The notes: a model not told the origin generated them from the letters alone. 64,000 bases of DNA from an uncultured Clostridia bacterium (GCA_937893125.1 CALBHW010000050.1:3847-67846); one strand, 5' to 3'. Positions 7,592 through 19,114 are shown, numbered from the stretch's first letter. Translations and numbers: made by a program.

Positions 7592-10054
7592 TTGAAGAAT
7601 AATAATAAGGCAAAAAGTTGGATTTTCTTTGTTATTTCTTTGCTTGCAATTGTCTTTTTGATATATTTTTCGCAAAGTGGCAATAACGGGACTAGAATAA
7701 ATGCGTTTGGCTCAACTGATGACGGCAAAGGTTCGGTTGTTGAACTTATTGGCGGGAAAAAGAACAGTGAAGGTAATTGGACTTTTACTGGTGAGAGTAA
7801 GGTAAAATATATTTCCGTAAATACAAATGGCGTCGGATTTGTTATTTTAAAGGATAGTAAATACAAAGTAGACTCAATTACTAAATATAGCGACCATTAT
7901 TTCTATATTATTGACGGCGCGCAACAAACTGAGTTGCAAGAACTCGTTGATGCGTACAACACTTTTGCTAAAAACCATAACGATGGAAAGGCTGAAACCG
8001 ATCCAAGTTATATTACGATTGTCGGCGTTGGGACAATTCCTGTCGGCTCGTCGTGGTGGGAAGCGGTACTTCCTTATCTTAGTGTCATTGTGGTTGTCGT
8101 TTTGGGCGTCATTTTGATTAGAAGCATTTTGGGCGCGAATTCAAAAAGTTTCAATTTTGGGAAAACCAAGGCGCAAGTTACGCACAACACAAATGTTAAG
8201 TTTAGCGATGTTGCTGGAATTGACGAAGAAAAAGAAGAACTTCAAGAAGTTGTTGAATTTTTGAAAAATCCACAAAAATTTACTGAACTTGGGGCTAAAA
8301 TCCCTAAGGGTATTTTGCTTGTCGGGTTGCCTGGAACGGGTAAAACCTTGCTTGCAAAGGCTATTGCGGGTGAAAGTAATGTTCCTTTCTTCTCAATAAG
8401 CGGAAGTGACTTTGTGGAAATGTTCGTTGGGGTGGGGGCTTCTCGTGTCAGAGACCTTTTCGAACAAGCCAAGAAAGAAGCCCCATGTATCGTTTTTATC
8501 GACGAAATTGACGCGGTCGGAAGACAAAGAGGCGCGGGGCTTGGCGGTGGAAACGACGAAAGAGAGCAAACTTTGAACCAACTTCTTGTTCAAATGGACG
8601 GGTTTGAAGGAAATACGGGCGTTATTGTCATCGCGGCGACAAATAGGGCTGATGTTTTGGACCCTGCCCTTTTAAGGCCTGGGCGTTTTGATAGACAAAT
8701 ATACGTCAATCCGCCTGATGTCAAGGGGCGTGAAATGATTTTGAAAATTCACGCAAGAAATAAACCTCTTGACGCGAGCGTGGATTTTAAAAATTTGGCG
8801 CGACTTACAAGTGGGTTTACGGGTGCTGACCTTGAAAACCTTTTAAATGAAGCGGCAATTTTGGCTGCACGCGAAAATAGAAAGAAAATTACAATGACCG
8901 ACATTTCCGAAAGTATAAATAAGGTTATTATGGGCCCGCAAAAACGCAGTCGTGTCGTTTCGGATAACGACAAACGCATAACCGCGTGCCACGAATCGGG
9001 TCACGCAATTGTTGGGAAAGTTCTTCCACATTGCGATGTTGTACAAGAAGTATCAATTATTGCGCGTGGAATGGCGGCGGGCTATACAATAAGTCGCCCT
9101 GACAACGACGAAGCGCATATGTCTTATAACAAACTTATCGACAATATTACAATGATGCTTGGCGGGCGAGTTGCGGAAGAGGTTTTAATAAAAGACATTT
9201 CGACTGGCGCGTCAAATGATATTGAGCGCGCGACAAAAATTGCGCGAAAAATGGTCACAGAATGGGGGATGAGCGCAAAACTTGGCTCGATAAATTACGG
9301 GTCAACAAACGAAGTTTTCCTAGGGCGCGACTACCAATCGCAAGTTAATTACAGCGAAAAAACGGCAGGCGAAATAGACGAAGAAGTTAAGAAAATTATT
9401 GACAATTGCTACAAAAGAGCGCGTCAAATTATTGAATCGCACCTTAAAGAAATGAACACGATGATTGAGATTTTGCTTGAAAAAGAAACAATCTATTTCA
9501 ACGAAGTCGAGCTCATTATGAAAGGCAAAACTGCGCGACAAATTTTGAACATTATGGAAAAAGAAGAGTCGCGAAACAAAGCAAAAATCGAAATTGAACG
9601 CGCCGAAGCAGAGCTTGAAAAGGTGAAAAAAGAGCAAGTTATTAGGCTTAAAACCGCTGAAGCACTACAAAAAGGTGGGGTGATTTCGCAAGAGGACATT
9701 GAGAAAATTAAAATTGACTCTGAACGTCTTATTAAACAACACGAAGAGCGCGTTGAAAAGGTGAAAAAAGAGCAAGGCGTAAAAGCGAATTCAGTGGTTG
9801 CTGAAAAACCAGACGAAAATTTGGGCGAAAATTCTAGTGAAAAAATTGGTGAAAATGCGGACGAAGATGTGGCTCAAAAGGCAAAAAAATCTTTAAATAG
9901 CGACCTAGAAAAAGCCACGACAACAAAAGGCGAAAATGCGGAAAATGATTTGAATGAAAAGAGCCAAAAACGACAAAAAAAGACGACTCGCGAGACAAAA
10001 AAAGGTCTAAAAAACGAAAAAAATGGGAAAAATGATACACAAAAGGACGACTAA
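7592..10054 (+). CDS. ftsH: ATP-dependent zinc metalloprotease FtsH with a long K/E-rich C-terminal tail
   Basis: Walker A GLPGTGKT, Walker [12 protein letters not shown] region, zinc site HESGHA. TTG start 8 nt after GGAGG. Confidence 0.95.
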   Translation: MKNNNKAKSWIFFVISLLAIVFLIYFSQSGNNGTRINAFGSTDDGKGSVVELIGGKKNSEGNWTFTGESKVKYISVNTNGVGFVILKDSKYKVDSITKYSDHYFYIIDGAQQTELQELVDAYNTFAKNHNDGKAETDPSYITIVGVGTIPVGSSWWEAVLPYLSVIVVVVLGVILIRSILGANSKSFNFGKTKAQVTHNTNVKFSDVAGIDEEKEELQEVVEFLKNPQKFTELGAKIPKGILLVGLPGTGKTLLAKAIAGESNVPFFSISGSDFVEMFVGVGASRVRDLFEQAKKEAPCIVFIDEIDAVGRQRGAGLGGGNDEREQTLNQLLVQMDGFEGNTGVIVIAATNRADVLDPALLRPGRFDRQIYVNPPDVKGREMILKIHARNKPLDASVDFKNLARLTSGFTGADLENLLNEAAILAARENRKKITMTDISESINKVIMGPQKRSRVVSDNDKRITACHESGHAIVGKVLPHCDVVQEVSIIARGMAAGYTISRPDNDEAHMSYNKLIDNITMMLGGRVAEEVLIKDISTGASNDIERATKIARKMVTEWGMSAKLGSINYGSTNEVFLGRDYQSQVNYSEKTAGEIDEEVKKIIDNCYKRARQIIESHLKEMNTMIEILLEKETIYFNEVELIMKGKTARQILNIMEKEESRNKAKIEIERAEAELEKVKKEQVIRLKTAEALQKGGVISQEDIEKIKIDSERLIKQHEERVEKVKKEQGVKANSVVAEKPDENLGENSSEKIGENADEDVAQKAKKSLNSDLEKATTTKGENAENDLNEKSQKRQKKTTRETKKGLKNEKNGKNDTQKDD

Positions 10055-10057
10055 AAA

Positions 10058-10699
10058 ATGAAGAAGATTATTATTTGTACGGTTTCAATTGGGCTGGTAT
10101 TGGTGGTTGGGCTTACAGCTCTTATCATGGCGCTTGTTCCTGTCGGGCAAAACAATTTTATTGTCAAGCCAACTAATGTTTACTTTTTGAACGAAACAAC
10201 CAAGAAAAATGGTGACGAATGGTGCAAGTTTAGGTCAAATTATAGTACTGACGAAAAAGAAAAACTTGATGAGCTTTATCGAATTTTTAATGAAGGGTTC
10301 TCTCAAAAAGCATTAACTGCACTCTTTAAAGGCGAACTAAATGACAAGGTTGAAACTCACTATGAAAAAAGCGTTGGAACAGAAAATTATGTTAGACGCG
10401 ACGGAGATTCAACACATTTGACAATCGTATTTGAATATGCCGAAGAACAAACAATTAAGGCTGATGACAGAAGTTATAATTATAAGTATTTGTTCTTCCA
10501 AATTAGTAATTCGACTGAACGTGTAGAATATTTGTTTGGTGTTTCGAATTCTGTTTCGCTTGAATCTTCTAGTAGGTATTTGTCCTACAATTATTGGTTT
10601 ACAACAAAAATGAACGCGACAAAACTTTATGACCATATTGCTGAACTAGAATTTAATGTTGAAGGGTCGCCAACTCACATCATCGATTCAAGAGCATAA
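10058..10699 (+). CDS. Hypothetical membrane-anchored protein
   Basis: 213-aa ORF starting 3 nt after ftsH, with an N-terminal hydrophobic helix. No recognisable motifs. Confidence 0.55.
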   Translation: MKKIIICTVSIGLVLVVGLTALIMALVPVGQNNFIVKPTNVYFLNETTKKNGDEWCKFRSNYSTDEKEKLDELYRIFNEGFSQKALTALFKGELNDKVETHYEKSVGTENYVRRDGDSTHLTIVFEYAEEQTIKADDRSYNYKYLFFQISNSTERVEYLFGVSNSVSLESSSRYLSYNYWFTTKMNATKLYDHIAELEFNVEGSPTHIIDSRA

Positions 10700-11258
10700 G
10701 TTGATAATTTAAAATTTTGATTAAAAAAAATCGGGTTTTATAATAGGCTCGATTTTTTTGTGCTTTTAAATTTTTTGACATAAAACTAGTTTCTTAATTT
10801 TCGTAAGTAAAAAGGTTTACTTAACAAATAAATTTTTATAAATTAGATTTAATAATCCGTTTTAAAACTGACCTTCCAAAAAAAAATGAAAATTTTAAAA
10901 AATTGGCTTTATAAAAAATTATTGCTTTTTGTAAATAAGTTAAAAAACTTTTAATAAAAGGATTTTTTTAAAAAAATTGGTTTAGTAAAAAAAAATTATT
11001 TATATAAAAATCTCATTAAATCTTTAAAAATATGCATAATAAAAACGGTTTAAAAGGCCGAAAAAATGATACAACTTTTTTGCAAAAATTTTTATTTTTT
11101 TCGTAAAAAAAAGACAAATAATTTTTAAAAATATTTGCCTATTTTTTTTACTATTTTTTTGTGAATTTTTAAAGAATTTTTTTATATTTTTTCGCCTTTA
11201 TTTTAAAGGAATTTATTGGTTTTTAATTGTGGTTAAAATTAAACGAAATATTCTAAAA

Positions 11259-11606
11259 TTATCTCTCAACTTCAGAGTCTTTTTTCGCGGATTTTTCCTT
11301 TAAAAGTTGTTGCCAAGATTCTGAATAATCTGTGACATCTCCTGTTGGTTCATTTGTTAAAACAAAGTGAGAATTGTTTGCATTAAAAACCATATTGTAA
11401 GACGCGTGCCCGTCGTTACCAAATGCTTTAAGTTCGTAAGGTCTAAAAGCAAAATCTTCGCTTTCTGATAGTTCGAGTGTTTCGTCTGTTAGGTTCTCGA
11501 TTGCGACTCTTCTTGGATTAAAAATTCTTCCGCTCCATTCTTCGTCAGCACAAAAACTGTTGACTGCTTTTTTAATGTCTTCTGAAGTATAAATCTTTTT
11601 ACTCAT
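11259..11606 (-). CDS. Hypothetical protein (115 aa), downstream partner of the HD-domain gene
   Basis: ORF with a GGAG RBS, co-oriented 87 nt after 11694-12497. Confidence 0.5.
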   Translation of the reverse strand: MSKKIYTSEDIKKAVNSFCADEEWSGRIFNPRRVAIENLTDETLELSESEDFAFRPYELKAFGNDGHASYNMVFNANNSHFVLTNEPTGDVTDYSESWQQLLKEKSAKKDSEVER

Positions 11607-11693
11607 TTTAAATTCTCCTTTTTTATTTAATTATTTTACATCTTTTTAGCATTTTTGCAATTCAAATAGTTGATAGAAGTATGCAAAAAACGA

Positions 11694-12497
11694 TTACAGT
11701 GCTTGCTCTTGGAATTTTTCTCTATTTTGCGCGTCTTTTTTAAAACGATAGCCTTCTTTTGTAAGAACAAAACCTTTTGTCCACTCTTTATTTAAGTTTG
11801 GGCTGTAAAGATTTGTAAGTGTGTTTCGTGTTTTGCCATAAGTCGTGTATGCCCCGCTGTCGCAAGTTTGAAGAACTCTTGCCATAGTTGACAATGCGTC
11901 TACGCTGTGCGAAGAGCAATCAAAATTATTTACTCGTAGCAACTTTTCTGACATTTTGTTTAAAACTTTTAAAGCATAGTCGTCGTTACGGACATAGTAA
12001 TTTGAAGTCGCACACTCCAAAATTTGCGTCAAATTTGTGATGAAAAGAGCAAGTTTTTTACTGTTTTCGACATCAATTTTTAGGTCAAAAAACAATTTTA
12101 GCGCTTTTTCGTTGTATAACTCAAATTTTTCGTTTGCGCCAACTAAATGTCCGCGCGATTCTCTTCGCTTTTCTTCCGCTTTTCCGATGTCGTGGCAAAA
12201 AATAATTAAATTCATTATCGCTCTTGTGTCTTTGGAACAAGCAAGCGTGTCAACAAAATTTTCTTCAAAAAAAGTCATTACTGATTCGGTATGCTCGCCA
12301 AGAGTGAAACCTTCCCAAAGTCCAATTTGGCTCGCAAAATCGGTTTTGAGTTCTTTTCTTGTGTGTGCTAAAGCGTATTCCATAACATCTTTTGGGGAAT
12401 TTGAAAAGTTGTCGATTATTTCTTCGTTTCCTAAAAGATTCGCTAAATCATTTGACAGGTCAGAGCAAATTCTCAAATTTTTTAGTTTATTTGTCAT
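11694..12497 (-). CDS. HD-domain phosphohydrolase-like protein
   Basis: His in LGEHTES followed by IIFCHDIGK (H...HD signature). 267 aa. Confidence 0.6.
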   Translation of the reverse strand: MTNKLKNLRICSDLSNDLANLLGNEEIIDNFSNSPKDVMEYALAHTRKELKTDFASQIGLWEGFTLGEHTESVMTFFEENFVDTLACSKDTRAIMNLIIFCHDIGKAEEKRRESRGHLVGANEKFELYNEKALKLFFDLKIDVENSKKLALFITNLTQILECATSNYYVRNDDYALKVLNKMSEKLLRVNNFDCSSHSVDALSTMARVLQTCDSGAYTTYGKTRNTLTNLYSPNLNKEWTKGFVLTKEGYRFKKDAQNREKFQEQAL

Positions 12498-12858
12498 TTT
12501 CCACCTTCAAGGACATTATTTTAAAACAAATAGCCCAAAAAGTCAATAATGAAAAGACTATTTGCGACAAGTTTTCCACAAAAATTAGCGTTTTGTTAAT
12601 AACTTTTTGATAGAAAAAGATATTTTTATTATTAAAAGTTGTGTTTGATGATGTGTTTTTTATAACCTATTATAATTATAACTTCGCGACACCGAAAGAT
12701 ATTTGCGCTCCGCCAAAAATTTTGACCGTTGATGACTCTATTCGTTTCATTTGTAATGACATAGCATTTCCAACACTCATTATGCGCTAGCAAAATATCG
12801 TTGTGTTAGGAATATTGTTTGTAAAAGAAATATCATTTACGCCACAAAATATCATTGT

Positions 12859-12890
12859 GAAAAAAGGAAGTCAAGCGAGACTTCCTTTTT
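12859..12890 (-). terminator. Terminator downstream of tRNA-Gly
   Basis: Stem aggaagtc / gacttcct, with A/T runs on both sides. Confidence 0.6.
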
Positions 12891-12897
12891 GTCTATT

Positions 12898-12971
12898 TGG
12901 AGCAGGTAACGGGAATCGGACCCGTATTTCTTGCTTGGGAAGCAAATGTTTTACCACTAAACTATACCTGC
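12898..12971 (-). tRNA. tRNA-Gly (anticodon CCC), CCA encoded
   Basis: The reverse complement GCAGGTATAGTTTAGTGGTAAAACATTTGCTTCCCAAGCAAGAAATACGGGTCCGATTCCCGTTACCTGCTCCA folds as a cloverleaf: 7-bp acceptor stem, D-loop with GG, anticodon loop TTCCCAA, 5-bp T-stem. Confidence 0.9.
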
Positions 12972-13232
12972 ATATTTTGACTTTAATAAGTTATCATATT
13001 TTTATAAAAAAAGCAAGTAAAATTGGAAAGTTAGTGCGGAGTTTTAAAAATAAAGTAAAAATGCACACTGATTTATTGGACAAAATGGGCAAATTAAATT
13101 AAAATATTTATAGAAAGAAAAATTTTGAAATATTTTCAAAATTTGTATCATCTAAAACGCTATTCTTATATTGGGATACGAGTAAACTTTTTGGTTTAAC
13201 TTTCGATAACATCTTGTTTTATAAGGTTAACT

Positions 13233-14036
13233 TTGGGTGGGGCATTAAAATTAAAAAAGGAGATAAAAATGGGATTTTGGACTTATGAAAGTGCTAACGA
13301 TGTAAATTTTATGTTCAACAAAAATCATTTGGTTGTCATCCTTTTTTCGCTTGTTATAATTGTGTTTTTAACGATGTATGCGTGTAGAAAGAGTCTGAAA
13401 TTTCAAAAAATTTTAATAACTGTTTTGCTACTTTTGGGACTTATTTTGCAAGGATTGAGAATTTTTTGGCGCTACAAATTTTTGGAAAATACGGGCGAAG
13501 TGATTACATTTTTAAAAGTAGTCGAGCCTAGTTTTTTCCTTTTGTCTTTTTTATTGAGCGTTCCGATTTTGATTTTTGCACTTTTTAGGAAACGAAACGA
13601 AGATTCGCGCGTGTTTGGGCTTAGTTTTGTGTACAATATTGCGACTTTAAATGGAATTATATCCCTTGTTTATCCAAATTTTTTGGTGCAGAATTTTGAA
13701 ATTTATCATTTTTGCAACCTTTCTAGCGTGCTTGTTAGGTGTTTTGTCATAACAATTGGGCTGATTTTGGCGTTTTCAAAATGGATTCCGCTTGGAGAAT
13801 ATCTCGACCTTTATCGCGCAATTTTTTCGTTGTTGTTTTTTGGAGCGGTTTGTGCTATATTAGGTTTTGTTTTGAAAGGCGACAACTTGTTCTATGTGGA
13901 ATATTGCCCAATTTTTGAAATGCTCGGATTGACGCTAAGATTTCCATTTCAATATATTGTGCTTGGGGTATTTATGTTTATGTTCCAGTGCGCGATGTAC
14001 TTGCCTTTTAGGCTAAAAAAGAAAAAAGAAGAGTAA
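13233..14036 (+). CDS. Multi-pass integral membrane protein of unknown function (true start probably ATG 13269)
   Basis: About 7 hydrophobic segments. AAAGGAG RBS before MGFWTYE. Confidence 0.6.
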   Translation: MGGALKLKKEIKMGFWTYESANDVNFMFNKNHLVVILFSLVIIVFLTMYACRKSLKFQKILITVLLLLGLILQGLRIFWRYKFLENTGEVITFLKVVEPSFFLLSFLLSVPILIFALFRKRNEDSRVFGLSFVYNIATLNGIISLVYPNFLVQNFEIYHFCNLSSVLVRCFVITIGLILAFSKWIPLGEYLDLYRAIFSLLFFGAVCAILGFVLKGDNLFYVEYCPIFEMLGLTLRFPFQYIVLGVFMFMFQCAMYLPFRLKKKKEE

Positions 14037-14045
14037 GGAGAAAAT

Positions 14046-15140
14046 ATGAAATTAGGTGTTGTTGGTTTGCCAAATGTGGGCAAAAGCACTCTTTTTAATG
14101 CGATAACTAAGGCGGGAGCGGAAAGCGCGAACTACCCTTTTTGTACGATTGAACCAAATGTCGGGATCGTTGATGTGCCAGATGAAAGGCTGGATGTTTT
14201 AACAAAACTTTATAACGCCAAAAAGACCACGCCAGCGCAAATTGAATTTGTCGACATAGCGGGACTTGTTAAGGGCGCTAGCAAGGGCGAAGGCTTGGGA
14301 AATAAATTTTTGAGCCACATTAGAGAAGTCGACGCGATTGTCCACGTGGTCAGGTGTTTTGATGACGAAAAAATTATCCACGTCGAAGGCTCGGTCAATC
14401 CACTTCGTGACATTCAAACAATAAATCTTGAACTTATTTTGGCTGACCTTGAGAGTATCGATAAGTACATTGACAAGGAAAATAAACTATTGAAAGCGGG
14501 GGCGACCACTAAAGAGCATATCGTTCTGTTAAACACGATAAAAAATACGCTTGAAAACGAAAAACCAGTCAGAAGCCTTGTGCTAAACGACGAGCAAAAG
14601 GATTATGTAGACAAGTTGTTTTTGCTTACAACGAAACCAGTAATTTATGTTGCGAACATCTCTGAAAACGACATTTTGAAAGAGCCAAGCGGAATTGAAT
14701 ATGTAAAAGAAGTGTTGGACTATGCTGAAAAAGAAAACGCGGAAGTTTTGCCTTTAAGTTGCAAAATTGAAGAAGAGTTGTCTCAACTTGACGCGGATGA
14801 GCGCGAACTTTTTAAGAGTGAACTCGGGCTAAATAAGAGCGGACTTGAAAAATTGATTGTCACTAGTTATCGCACACTGGGGCTTATGAGTTATTTGACT
14901 GCGGGCGAAAAAGAAGTGCGCGCGTGGACAATTAAAATCGGAACAAGAGCGCCACAAGCGGCGGGAAAAATCCACAGTGACTTTGAAAAAGGTTTTATCC
15001 GCGCGGAAATTGTCAAATATGACGACCTTGTTGCACTTGGAAGTTTTAACAACGCAAAAGAAAAAGGAAAAGTTTTATCTGTCGGCAAAGACTATGTTAT
15101 GCAAGACGGCGACGTTGTTTTGTTTAAGTTTAATGTCTAA
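14046..15140 (+). CDS. ychF: Ribosome-binding ATPase YchF
   Basis: G1 motif GLPNVGKSTLFNA, 364 aa, C-terminal TGS-like ...VMQDGDVVLFKFNV. Confidence 0.95.
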   Translation: MKLGVVGLPNVGKSTLFNAITKAGAESANYPFCTIEPNVGIVDVPDERLDVLTKLYNAKKTTPAQIEFVDIAGLVKGASKGEGLGNKFLSHIREVDAIVHVVRCFDDEKIIHVEGSVNPLRDIQTINLELILADLESIDKYIDKENKLLKAGATTKEHIVLLNTIKNTLENEKPVRSLVLNDEQKDYVDKLFLLTTKPVIYVANISENDILKEPSGIEYVKEVLDYAEKENAEVLPLSCKIEEELSQLDADERELFKSELGLNKSGLEKLIVTSYRTLGLMSYLTAGEKEVRAWTIKIGTRAPQAAGKIHSDFEKGFIRAEIVKYDDLVALGSFNNAKEKGKVLSVGKDYVMQDGDVVLFKFNV

Positions 15141-15230
15141 TATTTTTGCGCTTACTTAAATAAAAATATTTTTTAAAACATTTTGACTAGTGCAAATTAT
15201 AACAAGTTATGATATTGTAATGTAAACTAC

Positions 15231-15366
15231 GTGATGTTGCTTTGCTCTCTTCGTTCGCAAATCAATTTGCTAGACGCAAATCCACAACGAGTTGTGGCAT
15301 CACTAGTTTGAATAAACATCAGTTTTGCTGGTGAGCGAGCTCTCCGACAAAACTTCCGATAATATT
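15231..15366. ncRNA. Copy B of the conserved structured RNA-like element
   Basis: Aligns with 2951-3079 over its whole length. See the findings for the stem/loop substitution pattern. Confidence 0.45.
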
Positions 15367-15535
15367 AAATAACTATTAGTTTTTTAAATTACAACAAAAT
15401 TTTTGATGTTAGATAGTATTTGTTCGTGAGACAATCATAATGATATTATTTAGATGTTATTTGTTATATAAAGAGTTTTTTAGTTGAGGTTAAAAAGTAA
15501 AAGTCTATCAATTAGAAAAATGTTTTAATAAAAAA

Positions 15536-15558
15536 GCACCACTTTCGTGGTGCTTTTT
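15536..15558. terminator. Bidirectional terminator hairpin in a gene-free stretch
   Basis: Stem gcaccac / gtggtgc, loop tttc, with an A-run before and a T-run after. Confidence 0.6.
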
Positions 15559-15749
15559 AGTAAGATTGCAAGGGAACGGGATTGAAAAGAGATTATCCAA
15601 TAATTATAATTTTTGAATTTGTTCCTTGCAATAATACCCCGAGCATTGGATCAAAAAAGGGGATTTATCTTTTTTAATCCTACCATAATTATACAAGTAG
15701 ATTTCTACTTTGTCAACATATTTAAGTAAATTTCTACTAAAATAATTAT

Positions 15750-15956
15750 ATGGGCAATATAATTTCTACAAGAATTTACGAATTACGAAAGGAAAATAAT
15801 TTATCACAACTTGAACTCGCAAAACGAATCGGTGTTACTCAAAAGGCGATTGACTTTTGGGAAAAGGGGACAAACGAACCAAAAGCGACTTATATAATAA
15901 GGCTTGCGCAAGTTTTGTCTGTCACTACCGACTATTTGCTGGGACTAGAAAACTAG
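15750..15956 (+). CDS. XRE-family HTH regulator (68 aa)
   Basis: LSQLELAKRIGVTQKAIDFWEKG HTH and C-terminal DYLLGLEN, typical of the Cro/C1 family. Confidence 0.75.
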   Translation: MGNIISTRIYELRKENNLSQLELAKRIGVTQKAIDFWEKGTNEPKATYIIRLAQVLSVTTDYLLGLEN

Positions 15957-16226
15957 TTTTTAAAGTTTTAATCGCGTATATTTTAAGGCAGACAAGATTT
16001 ATAAATTTAATTTAACAAATTTTTTTTGGACGCTTATAAACATCAAAACTAACATTTGAGCGTCTATTTTTTTGTGCCTTTAAAAATTATTTGATTATTA
16101 TTTCCTTTTACCCACATACTAATTCTAGCACTATAGATAGGCTTTGTCAACTCAATAGTTGTATTATTTTAGGGAAATATAAATTATACTGGTGTAAAAT
16201 TTAAACTATTGCGGAGAAATTGAATA

Positions 16227-16505
16227 ATGGAACCAGAAGAAATAGGTAAAAGAATTAAGTTGTTAAGGGAAGTTAGGGGACTCAAGAAAAATACACTTGC
16301 CAATTTAGCGGGTGTTGCGCCAACATATCTGAATGATATTGAAGCGGGACGAAAATGTCCAACCGTCGCATATCTTAGTTATATTTGTCAAGGATTGAAT
16401 ATTTCTTTAAGTGAATTTTTTGCGGAAGATTCGGTTATGATTGATGTTTCAAATTTGAGCGAGCAACAACGAATTTTACTTAATAACTTTATAAAAAGTT
16501 TGTAA
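16227..16505 (+). CDS. XRE-family HTH regulator (92 aa)
   Basis: LKKNTLANLAGVAPTYLNDIEAGRK HTH. Confidence 0.75.
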   Translation: MEPEEIGKRIKLLREVRGLKKNTLANLAGVAPTYLNDIEAGRKCPTVAYLSYICQGLNISLSEFFAEDSVMIDVSNLSEQQRILLNNFIKSL

Positions 16506-16649
16506 TGCTACTTTTTCGGAAGATAAGTTTTCTTTTTAAAACGAAATTTTTTTATAAAAGTTTTTTAGAAAAGAAAAGCGGACGATAAAAATTCTCGAAA
16601 AGGGTAAAAGACTAAAAAAATAAAGAAATAAAAAAGGGAAAAAACAAAA

Positions 16650-16673
16650 GGCGGACTATTTATCCGCCTTTTT
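16650..16673. terminator. Bidirectional terminator between the XRE gene and gap
   Basis: Stem ggcgga / tccgcc, flanked by A and T runs. Confidence 0.6.
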
Positions 16674-16867
16674 GTGTTGTGTTACTTAATTGATTATCAT
16701 TGATTTTTAAAAAAAGATTGATAAATTAAAAATCTAAAAATTAAGTTCAATTAAGGCTATTAAATTTAGTTTTAAAAATATTACTAAAAATTTAAGATAT
16801 TATGAAATTTAAAACATTTATTTTTAGATAACGAATAAAAATCTGATAATTTTTAAAAAGCAAAAAT

Positions 16868-17920
<1,053 letters not shown>

Positions 17921-18187
17921 TTAAGATTTACATAAAATTTTGTCCAATTTGTTGTCAATCAAACACATTTTTGGCACAAACTCTTACAAACAACTAAATT
18001 ATATAACAATTTTTTCTTAATACAAAATATTTTTTTAATAAAAGTGGCATTTAATTTGATTTTAAGCCTTACTTTTTTTGTTGCTTCACGGGTGACAATG
18101 CAATATAATTTCTATTTTTTTAACACTTTATTTTGTGTGGTTTGTAATTTTTTTTGTTTTTTGTTTGATGATTTGACTGAAATTTTT

Positions 18188-19114
18188 TTAATTTTTTTGT
18201 TGGAAGTGTTTGATGATGCCTTTTTTTTGACCACCTATTTTTTGAGCAGTGGCTTGTTTTTCTTTTCTTTGGGTGACTTCTTTCTTTTTTTCTAGCGTTA
18301 CAGTCTCAAAAGTTGCGCCTTGTTTTTTTGTGCGGATGTCAAGAAAATGTTTTGGAATGAGAAGTGTTATCCCTGCTAAACTTCCAAGTACCGCAAAAAT
18401 CGACAGTGACATAAGTAGCCTTTTTGAAAAGACGGCACCTAGGACGACTCCCGCGATTGAAATTAGATTTAATCCTAAAAAGACAAAAATTGTTTTTAGG
18501 CTACTTGTCATAGTGCGGAAACTTTCTTTGTAAGGCTTAATGCTATCTTGAACAAAAATTGTGCGCCCGTCGTAGCCGTAGAAGTCGTTTGTATTTTTTA
18601 AAAAGCACGCTTTATGTGGAAGAGTTCTTAAAATGTCAAGGAGATTTTTGTCGATAAGCCCAAGAGTTGGAACATTAAACTTATCTTTTTTGCCAGTGTA
18701 AATTGAAAGAAAAAGGTTAATAAATTTTTCCTTTAAATTTGCAAAGAAGCCCTTAAATTTTCCGTATCGTTTTTTGATATGGACAATGTTTGCGCCGTCC
18801 TTATTTTTCTCAATACACTTTTCAAAAAGTTTGCCCAAATTTGAGACTTTTGTGTCACCAAGTAGCAAAATGTCGCACGAAGAATTGAGACTTAGATAGT
18901 CGAGAAAGGCGTCATTTATATTAAAATTTTTTTGGGCTTTTCTTATTTCGTAACTCGACGTTGTTGGAACTTTTTTTAAAAAATCAAGAGTAGCGCCTTC
19001 TTTTACATAAAAATAGTAGGTTGCGTTGGTAGTTTTAGCAAAGTTTGAAGAAAAATATGTGCTAAAAAAGTCGTTTGAATTTTCGAAAACGGGAAATAAA
19101 ATATCAATTTTCAT
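18188..19114 (-). CDS. Hypothetical membrane protein: a GT-A-like N-terminal region and two C-terminal transmembrane helices
   Basis: 308-aa ORF. The resemblance to family-2 glycosyltransferases is weak (KIDILFPVFENS at the N-terminus). Two hydrophobic helices near residues 210-260. Confidence 0.4.
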   Translation of the reverse strand: MKIDILFPVFENSNDFFSTYFSSNFAKTTNATYYFYVKEGATLDFLKKVPTTSSYEIRKAQKNFNINDAFLDYLSLNSSCDILLLGDTKVSNLGKLFEKCIEKNKDGANIVHIKKRYGKFKGFFANLKEKFINLFLSIYTGKKDKFNVPTLGLIDKNLLDILRTLPHKACFLKNTNDFYGYDGRTIFVQDSIKPYKESFRTMTSSLKTIFVFLGLNLISIAGVVLGAVFSKRLLMSLSIFAVLGSLAGITLLIPKHFLDIRTKKQGATFETVTLEKKKEVTQRKEKQATAQKIGGQKKGIIKHFQQKN

